DNA of 64,000 nucleotides, filler included, from Perkinsus olseni (Eukaryota): NCBI GenBank assembly GCA_013115125.1. It is 7 parts of 7 records of this genome, joined end to end, with 100 filler letters (N's around TTAATTAATTAA, not from the genome) between each part and the next. Parts side by side here need not be neighbours in the genome. Positions count along the whole stretch, not along the records: positions 55,582 to 64,000 come from JABANN010000971.1; 6 more parts are not named here. One strand, 5' to 3'. Shown piece by piece: positions 62,499 to 64,000 of this stretch (position 1 is its first letter; each line of letters starts with the position of its first letter). The notes under the pieces were generated by a model. It saw only the letters and a program-made list of their open reading frames with translations, ran no database searches and was not told where the DNA came from. The position numbers and the translations under genes were made by a program.

Positions 62499-64000
62499 TT
62501 AAGGTGGAGGAGGAGCGATGTCTGGATAGAGGCCAGCACATGAATAGAACTCTGGCTCACAGTTGTCATTATTGCACTGTAGACACTCAGGGGAGGTAAC
62601 CTTGGATCCAAGACCGCAAGGGAAGCTGCACTTCTTCATCGCACACTGGCCATTAACGCCGTAACACATGGAGCAGTCATCCGTAATAGGTGGAAGGTCG
62701 AAGGGAGTCTTAGACGGGTCTTTGGTGTAATCAACAATGCAACTAGCGACCTTATCGGGATTCCCTAGGCCTTTCACACCACACTTAGTGACAGAGCGAG
62801 TGAAATCCATGGAACTGTACGTTGGGTTAGTAGTAGTTACCCACCATCGAATCTGGTCCCTAGTAGCACACTTACCACTAGCGATAGTAGACATCTTGAC
62901 GGTGGGGGAGGATTTCTTAGACCATCCAGCAGAGTTCTTAGCCTGGACTCTGATGTTATATGATGTACTTGGTTTAAGGGCGGTAACATCACACCATAGA
63001 GCACCATCAGTGGCTGGTTGACAAAGTTCATTACCATCATCATCAATAACACGGTAAGCAGTGACTGGTAGATCACATTCAGGATTGCTGGCTTTACTCC
63101 AACTCACACTTAGACCATCAGAGAATGGTGTCTGTCTCATAACATTACTTGGTGGATCGGCATCACAACTCTCAGTTGTCTTAGTTGATACACCATCTGA
63201 TTTTGGACTATCCCCTTTAGAGTTTTTAGCAATAATATAGAATGTGTAATCACTACCACGACTAAGTCCCGTTACAGTATAAGATGTATCATGACCATCA
63301 ACCGTATACGTCTTATCATCATCACTGATGATGTATCGAAGTATCATAGCACCATTGTCAGCTGGAGCTGTCCAATACAGCGTTGCCGTGTTAGACGTGG
63401 TCGATTGAACGGCGAAGTCTGATACCTACGACAACAACATATGAATAATGAGTGAATGATTATGAAATACCAACCTTGTCAGGAGCTGATGCATCAGCCT
63501 CGTCTGTGACCATCGAGTAGGGTTTGCTGTAGTCGCTATCACCGACGGAGTTCTCAGCCGATACACGAAGAACAACAGCTTGACCGGAAGATAGACCATC
63601 AACTCTGTAGGGCTGACAACAACAAAGAGACAACAGTTTCCGCCGTGAAATAACGAAGCCAGAATCACTTACCTTAGAAGCATCATCCTGTGATATCTCA
63701 GCCTTAATCCAATTATCGGGTGTAGTACTACTGGCTAATGCATGTTGTATGATATAACCAGTTATATCCGCACCGTTATCGGCAGTGGGTGGTATAATAC
63801 TCACGGATACGCTGCTGTCAGTCGTATCAGATGCTGTCAAACCTGATGAAGGAAATATGATAAGACTAGATAATAGGAGACTATGTGATTATGATTATGA
63901 TTATTACCAGGGATACTTGGGGCAGTAGGAGCCTTCGTGCCCTCCATAACAGCAACTGATGGGCTACTAACACGACCATCCTCCATTTCAATCTTATAAC
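62499..64000 (-). CDS. Fibronectin type III repeat protein with C-terminal Cys-rich domain; 5' end beyond the window
   Basis: FN3 motifs YTVTGLSRGSDYTFYIIAKNSKGDS, VTALKPSTSYNIRVQAKNSAGWS, YRVDGLSSG..LRVSAENSVGDS; Cys-rich tail CSMCY...CLQCNNDNC..FYSCAG. Confidence 0.85.

Overview
Eukaryotic, intron-rich protist DNA, very likely Perkinsus (Perkinsozoa, Alveolata): a Perkinsus-type spliced-leader 22-mer (TCCGTAGCCATCTTGGCTCAAG) lies at 37660-37681, introns are short, and (CAT)n/(GCT)n microsatellites are common. The window is a concatenation of seven ~9.2-kb contigs joined by artificial N-TTAATTAATTAA-N linkers (9183-9282, 18458-18557, 27729-27828, 36993-37092, 46245-46343, 55482-55581), so adjacency across linkers is meaningless. 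Content: an NHR-domain protein, peroxisomal enoyl-CoA hydratase 2 (PTS1 SRM), two families of tandem secreted proteins, an ankyrin/CNBD cation channel, an adenylate-kinase-like protein, three tRNA-Pro(UGG) genes, an organellar RF1-type release factor, a very large beta-rich surface protein, a TPR protein, a biotin-dependent carboxylase, an FN3 protein, and several mobile elements (integrase-only LTR element, Tc1/mariner MITE, MULE/SWIM fragment, Helitron end). The most notable observations are: (1) two tandem genes each encoding a single-chain MPC1-linker-MPC2 mitochondrial pyruvate carrier; (2) a GGQ release factor with a rewritten stop-codon reading loop (PSW instead of PxT) that hosts tRNA-Pro genes in its introns; (3) a carboxylase with the architecture [C-terminal BC fragment]-BCCP-MCC-beta-like CT that apparently lacks the ATP-grasp; (4) a channel pore reading TTFGFFD; (5) an adenylate kinase lacking the P-loop lysine. 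Exon boundaries were read by eye and are approximate; no database searches were run, so novelty is unverified.
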